DNA of 64,000 nucleotides from NCBI GenBank assembly GCA_965116875.1, contig OZ220733.1:2496001-2560000 (forward strand), in the 5' to 3' direction. The notes under the pieces are model-generated. The model ran no database searches and had not been told where the DNA came from. It saw only the letters and a program-made list of their open reading frames with translations. This stretch comes from Candidatus Latescibacterota bacterium (GTDB lineage Bacteria > Latescibacterota > UBA2968 > GCA-2709665). Below, in pieces: positions 59,170-64,000 of this stretch (within the stretch, counting starts at the first letter, position 1; each line of letters opens with the position of its first letter). Position numbers and translations under genes: made by a program.

Positions 59170-60008
59170 GCCATTGCCTCCTTCCCCGTCCGGATTGGCG
59201 CGGCGCCCTGCGCGGCCAGGATCCGCTCCGCGTTGCCCCGGAAAATCAGGTCCTTTTCTTCGTCCGTCAACGTTGCGTCGATGACCTTCCCCACGCTGCC
59301 GGACATGGTGCCGTCCGTGCCGAACAAGACCCTGTCGGCGCCCATTTCCGCCACGGCGAGTTCTACCTGGCCATCGTCAAGATTGCTGCCGCTGACGTCG
59401 CAGACCAGGCTGGGGGACGTGTCCCGCATTGCTCGGATGGTATTCTCCCAGTCGCCGCCGCCACCGATGTGGGCGTGAATGACGATCGCCTCAGGATACC
59501 GCCGGTTCATCTCCGCGAAGTGGGGTCCGTTTGAAATCAACGGCTGCCCGTCCAGGAATTCCCTGGAGGTGGGCAGGCCCGCGTGCTCGAGAAGCGGCAC
59601 CCTGCGCTCCGTGATGCGTTCGAGAACCGGATACACCGCCGGATCGTCGATGCGGTACTGGTTGTAGAGCTTGACGCCGATCATCCCCGCGTCGAGGCAT
59701 CGATCGATCTCTCCCACCGCGTCCTGATAGTGTCCCGGAATGACGAAACACAGACCCCGGATATGGTTGGGAAACCGTTTCATGGCCCGCAATACCGCGT
59801 CGTTCTCCGCGCGTACTTCCTCGATACTGGCGAGGCGACCGCCCGTAATGGGCGACGAACACCAGTATTCCGTTATGCCCAACATGTCGCCGGTGGCGAT
59901 CAGCCGCTCCGCGGACGTGGCCTCGTCCTCCTCGTTCCCCAGATTCCAGACGTGGCAGTGCACGTCGATCTTGGGACGGCGGAGCCATCGTTCGATATCC
60001 AGGCTCAT
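59166..60008 (-). CDS. Amidohydrolase family protein
   Basis: IDVHCH, GVKL, HAG, AHIGGG, RVLFGTD. Confidence 0.88.
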   Translation of the reverse strand: MSLDIERWLRRPKIDVHCHVWNLGNEEDEATSAERLIATGDMLGITEYWCSSPITGGRLASIEEVRAENDAVLRAMKRFPNHIRGLCFVIPGHYQDAVGEIDRCLDAGMIGVKLYNQYRIDDPAVYPVLERITERRVPLLEHAGLPTSREFLDGQPLISNGPHFAEMNRRYPEAIVIHAHIGGGGDWENTIRAMRDTSPSLVCDVSGSNLDDGQVELAVAEMGADRVLFGTDGTMSGSVGKVIDATLTDEEKDLIFRGNAERILAAQGAAPIRTGKEAMA

Positions 60009-60362
60009 ATCAATTCCTCCGTGGGTTTGAATGCGAATAAAGCGATCAGCGATCAGCCGTCAGCAGTCAGCTAAAGACGAAAGGCAAGATCAAGAGCAAC
60101 CCCGCCACCCTGCCCCGCAGACCTCTCCCCCGGCCCCCTCTCCTGAAGGAAAGGGGGAGGAAAGACGGGTTTCGCTCTATCAATGTATTTCACAGCCGGC
60201 AACCGGGGGTTTGGGGGGTTTTTCCGTGCGGATCCTTTATGTGCCGTAGGCAAGGTAGGACAGATTACCGGGCAAGGGCTTCTTCTCCCGTCTACCCTCT
60301 ACCGTCTCCCCGCCTTTCAGCGACCTCGTCCAGCGGACTCCTCGGAAAGAGCGACCGGCGAT

Positions 60363-62123
60363 TTACTCCCTATCCCAGGGAAACGCGAATGTGGGTTGAT
60401 TCGCATATCGCTTCGTGGTAACCACAAGCCGGCTGCCGCTTCCGGGCGCCAGTCGTACCGTGAAGAACGGACAGTCCATGGAATGGGTGATGCCATCAGA
60501 CTGAACCGCGGTCACCTGGTGTTCTCCGTAGGCGCCCGCCTGAACGATCAGCGTGCGATGATCCACGGGGTTCAGGTTTACCAGGGAGACCGTGGCCGTT
60601 TCGTCCGTCAACCCTTCCACGAGCGCCGCCACGTCCTCCGGTATCCCCGCCCGCCGTCGCACGGGATCGAAATATCGCAGGCGGCAGTGCAAGGCTTCGC
60701 CGTACCGTGGGTTCAATCCACCCAGCATCAACTGGGTCAGACAGCTGTTGATGGCCGGATTGAACTTCAGCGTATCGTCCGACATCCGGGTATCCGGCGA
60801 ACTGGTGTCCCGCCGCATTCCGTTCATCTTCTCGCGGATGGACGCGAACTCCCGTCGAAGGGCCGCCTCCGCGAATCCCTCGTTTTCGCCATCCAGAAAC
60901 TTCAGCCATGCGTCCTCGGGCACGTATTCCAAATCCCTGCGATCCATCGACCAGTAGTAGACGTCCACGGCGCCATGGTTGTAGGGCGATTCCTGGTAGT
61001 CATACCAGCCGTCGTCGCCGTACATGTGCGGGTACATGGTTGTTCCGTTCACCGTCCGTGAATTGCCATTCACCGCCGCGAGCATCCTGCGCCAGACGTC
61101 CACGTATTTTTGTTCGCCCGTCAGGAGCAGCGCGTTGCCAAAGCCCGCCACCCCACGGGAAATTGCATTCCTGTTCGACAGTTCGCCAGTCTGGGGCACG
61201 ACCACCGTAAACCCCCAGCCGTAGCACCCCCCGTACCATTTCCCGCCGCATTCGCCGCCGATTGTGCCGTCCAACCCGATATTGCTGGGTAGAATCCCGT
61301 TGTTCGCGGCGGCCCGTTCCGCCCAGGCATCCACGTACTCCACCACCCAGTCCCTGTATTTCCGATCTCCGTCGACCATATAGGCGTTCAGCCCCAGGGT
61401 GGTGGCCGCCAGGTTGATGGGATGATCGCCCACGACGTCGGTGTAGTCTTCAAAGTGCGCCAGCATCTCCTCGAAATTGCGTTCGCCGTGCGCCGGGTCG
61501 AACCGTCCCTCGATTTCGATCGGGTCACCCGCCCAGTCCAGCGCCGTCGCCTTCCGGAGCAGGGGCCCGCGGCTTCCGGTAAACAGGCTGCGGATGATCC
61601 TGTGCTCAGGATCGTAATTCTTCGCCTGTGGGTCCTCATCCATATAGAAACCCGCGTAACGGCGCGCACGGTGCTGAAAACGGTTATCGTACGGATCGGA
61701 CAGTCCCTGGAGATTGAACACGGCCAGGCTTTCGCCGTGGTGGAACCAGTCCAGGCTTACCGGGAACTCTTTATATATCATCCCGTCTCGCGCCAGCGGA
61801 ACGTCCGCGGTTTTCGCCTCCGTATACTGCAGCAGGTGCCCCTCCCACCCCAGTTTATACATGTCCAGAATGCAATCCGGCGCGCCCACCGCGTGCAGAA
61901 CGGGCCAACCCGTCAGGTTCTCGATGGCGTCGTCCGGACCGTCGTTCCCGCCCCAACGGGGTACGCACTGGAGATAGCCCCGCGAGTCAAAGTAGCGATG
62001 GAAGAATTCATCGCACGCCCGTGTCTGCGCCCGGATCAACGCCCGTTCGAGCAACGCCCATTCCGGCGGCGGCATGGGCGTCTCGATGGCAACGGTCAGT
62101 GCATTTGGATTCACTCTGGACAT
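60363..62123 (-). CDS. Conserved hypothetical protein (~586 aa), probable (alpha/alpha) toroid enzyme
   Basis: RWGGNDGPDDAIEN, DWFHHGE, WYGGCYGW, RLRYFDP.RRRAG.PEDVAALV; start re-set to MSRVNP. Confidence 0.7.
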   Translation of the reverse strand: MSRVNPNALTVAIETPMPPPEWALLERALIRAQTRACDEFFHRYFDSRGYLQCVPRWGGNDGPDDAIENLTGWPVLHAVGAPDCILDMYKLGWEGHLLQYTEAKTADVPLARDGMIYKEFPVSLDWFHHGESLAVFNLQGLSDPYDNRFQHRARRYAGFYMDEDPQAKNYDPEHRIIRSLFTGSRGPLLRKATALDWAGDPIEIEGRFDPAHGERNFEEMLAHFEDYTDVVGDHPINLAATTLGLNAYMVDGDRKYRDWVVEYVDAWAERAAANNGILPSNIGLDGTIGGECGGKWYGGCYGWGFTVVVPQTGELSNRNAISRGVAGFGNALLLTGEQKYVDVWRRMLAAVNGNSRTVNGTTMYPHMYGDDGWYDYQESPYNHGAVDVYYWSMDRRDLEYVPEDAWLKFLDGENEGFAEAALRREFASIREKMNGMRRDTSSPDTRMSDDTLKFNPAINSCLTQLMLGGLNPRYGEALHCRLRYFDPVRRRAGIPEDVAALVEGLTDETATVSLVNLNPVDHRTLIVQAGAYGEHQVTAVQSDGITHSMDCPFFTVRLAPGSGSRLVVTTKRYANQPTFAFPWDRE

Positions 62124-62316
62124 TGCGCTTCCTTTCAATCGACAACGAACATGGATACACAGGATAGGCAGGATTAAGGGCAAAGTCCGGAAAAACACGC
62201 AAACAAAGCGAGATGTCCCCTTATCAGCCCGTTGAAAAAGTCCATCCGGGCTGCGGCCGGCCGGGCGATCGTAAGATCCACGATGGCGAGAATCAATTCA
62301 CGGCGACGTTGAATGT

Positions 62317-62341
62317 GTAGGGGCAACCCTTGTGGTCGCCC
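62317..62341 (+). repeat. GTAG-type REP hairpin (single copy)
   Basis: GTAGGGGCAACCCTTGTGGTCGCCC. Confidence 0.55.
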
Positions 62342-62496
62342 GCTTTTCGACAAACCGCCGTAAAATAGGGAATGAGTCCCGGTCATACAACGCAAAAGGA
62401 CGCGCACGCGAAGTGCCGCGCAGGACAAATCGAGGCGGGATCGGGATCCACGTCTCACAGGAACCAGCGACAAAGTGACTGTTCGGAAGAAAAACC

Positions 62497-62525
62497 TTGA
62501 CGTGTAATTGCCGTTTATCTATCTT
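62497..62525 (+). promoter_or_regulatory. Sigma70-like promoter of the his leader
   Basis: TTGACG-17 bp-TATCTT. Confidence 0.65.
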
Positions 62526-62534
62526 AGCGGCGCT

Positions 62535-62678
62535 ATGACACCACTCAACACCACTCCGGCCAATTTGCGGGAACCGGGCGATGTTTCCACCGGCTCCCTT
62601 TGCGCCTATGCCGTCCATTGCCATGCCCATCATGCGGGTACGGCGACGCTTCTCGCAATCTGCTCGGCGGTGGACTAG
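62535..62678 (+). CDS. Putative His-rich leader peptide (47 aa, HCHAHH)
   Basis: MTPLNTTPANLREPGDVSTGSLCAYAVHCHAHHAGTATLLAICSAVD*, lying between the promoter and a terminator upstream of hisI. Confidence 0.65.
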   Translation: MTPLNTTPANLREPGDVSTGSLCAYAVHCHAHHAGTATLLAICSAVD

Positions 62679-62706
62679 ATCTGGATTTCAATTGCTGCAA
62701 GTGAAC

Positions 62707-62736
62707 GCCCGCTGTCGAGAGACAGCGGGCTTTTTT
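62707..62736 (+). terminator. Intrinsic terminator (attenuator) upstream of methyltransferase-hisI
   Basis: GCCCGCTGTC-GAGA-GACAGCGGGC-TTTTTT, perfect 10-bp stem plus U-tract. Confidence 0.85.
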
Positions 62737-62814
62737 GATGGGCAGCGCCGAATCTCGGATCCGGGGATGACCGCGGCGCTACAGGTCGGACCTATCATGG
62801 AGGGAGTGCTGAAA

Positions 62815-63582
62815 ATGGCACACAGCGACGACGCGTACGGACAAATGATGTGGGACTTGCATTGCGGCATACCCGCCCGGGAAATCGTGGAACGGGACGA
62901 CGGGTGCATTTCCGCCGGCAAGTCGCATGTTTATTTCGAGCCCTTCAGCGAATGGCCGCATCACCATCAGGAAGCGATGACCCACGTGTCGGGGCGCGTG
63001 CTCGATATCGGCTGCGGCCCGGGACGACACGCGATTCACCTTCAGCAGAAGGGATTCGACGTCATGGGCATCGATGCCTCGGCCCTGGCCATAAAGGTCG
63101 CCCGCGAGCGCGGCCTCAGGAAAACCGGCGTTCTGAACGTCACTCGGATCTCCTGCCGTCTGGGCGAGTTCGACACCCTGCTGATGATGGGCAACAATTT
63201 CGGTCTGTTCGGCAACCTGAAACGCGCCCGGTGGCTGCTGCGAAAAATGCGCAACATGACGTCGTCGGACGGGAGGATCATCGCCGAATCCCGGGATCCC
63301 TATGGGACCACGAGAAACGCGCATCTGGACTATCACGAAACCAACCGGAGGCGCGGCAGGTTTCCGGGCCAGCTCAGAATGCGGATCCGGTATGAACGGC
63401 TTGTCGGTGCCTGGTTCGAATATCTCATCGTTTCCCGAAAGGAAATGGCGTACATACTCGAAGACACGGGATGGAGGATTTCAAGGTTCATCCCCGAATC
63501 GGGACCCGCATACGTCGCCATTATCGATAAAACCCGAAGGTCAACCGATCCCGGGGAGGAAGGAAATCGCTATGGACATTGA
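62815..63582 (+). CDS. Class I SAM-dependent methyltransferase
   Basis: ERDDG, VLDIGCGPG, GIDAS, FDTLLMMGNNFG; start re-set to MAHSDD. Confidence 0.88.
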   Translation: MAHSDDAYGQMMWDLHCGIPAREIVERDDGCISAGKSHVYFEPFSEWPHHHQEAMTHVSGRVLDIGCGPGRHAIHLQQKGFDVMGIDASALAIKVARERGLRKTGVLNVTRISCRLGEFDTLLMMGNNFGLFGNLKRARWLLRKMRNMTSSDGRIIAESRDPYGTTRNAHLDYHETNRRRGRFPGQLRMRIRYERLVGAWFEYLIVSRKEMAYILEDTGWRISRFIPESGPAYVAIIDKTRRSTDPGEEGNRYGH

Positions 63583-64000
63583 AAACGTACTTGAAGAGTG
63601 CACGGAGATCCGGCTCGATTTCGAGAAGCTTTCCAGGGTTGCGAATACCGGCCATGCCGTTATTCCCGCGGCCGTGCAGGACGTGGACAGCAAAGCCGTT
63701 CTCCTGATCGGCTACGTGAATGAACAGGCGCTGCGCCACGCGCTCGAACACCGCGTGGCGACATTCTGGAGTACGTCGCGCAACGAACTCTGGATCAAGG
63801 GGGCCACGTCGGGGGATATGCTCGACCTGATCGACGTGCGCGTCAACTGCGAGCAGAACTCGTTGCTCTATATTGTGCGCCTGAAGGGCGAGGGAACGTG
63901 CCACACGAAGGTCAACGATCGATCGCGCTATGGTTGTTATTACCGTAGAATCGTCAACGGAAGACTCGGATTCACGGATCCGAAAACCATCCCGGAGTAA
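63572..64000 (+). CDS. hisI: Phosphoribosyl-AMP cyclohydrolase
   Basis: FWSTSRNELWIKGATSG, NCEQNSLLY, GTCHT...CYYR. Confidence 0.92.
   Translation: MDIENVLEECTEIRLDFEKLSRVANTGHAVIPAAVQDVDSKAVLLIGYVNEQALRHALEHRVATFWSTSRNELWIKGATSGDMLDLIDVRVNCEQNSLLYIVRLKGEGTCHTKVNDRSRYGCYYRRIVNGRLGFTDPKTIPE

Overview
Bacterial genomic window with a high-GC backbone (about 60-65% by eye) interrupted by lower-GC accessory blocks at ~8.8-12 kb, ~15.6-16.8 kb and ~27.4-35.2 kb. The gene content (EF-hand/dockerin-like domain fused to a TolB propeller, several PhyH dioxygenases, ceramidase-like, heparinase-like and amidohydrolase genes) resembles Candidatus Latescibacterota/Gemmatimonadota-type MAGs; this is inference. 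Main contents: (1) OmpR/HK two-component pair plus TonB receptor and DUF4249 lipoprotein, with a shared direct-repeat box upstream of both units. (2) Two selenoproteins missed by the ORF track, each with an in-frame TGA followed by a SECIS-like hairpin: a UGSC-family variant (DUCGA, 13835-14572) and an AhpC/TSA-like protein (WURRS, 42630-43223). (3) A DUF4160/DUF2442 toxin-antitoxin-like pair. (4) An NCS2 permease/START-like/VOC dioxygenase/FAH catabolic operon whose permease carries a degenerate anti-sigma-kinase-like tail. (5) bcp-katG. (6) A low-GC defence-like island holding a complete ubiquitin-like conjugation operon (Ubl-E2-JAB-E1, Bil-type), followed by a STAS-like/wHTH gene and a Zn-ribbon/HEPN-like gene. 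(7) A ~17 kb minus-strand catabolic cluster with two paralogous ~800-aa lyase-like unknowns. (8) A His-leader attenuator controlling a methyltransferase-hisI unit. Several MITE/REP families are present. No rRNA, tRNA or CRISPR array was seen. All family assignments come from motif recognition; no searches were run.
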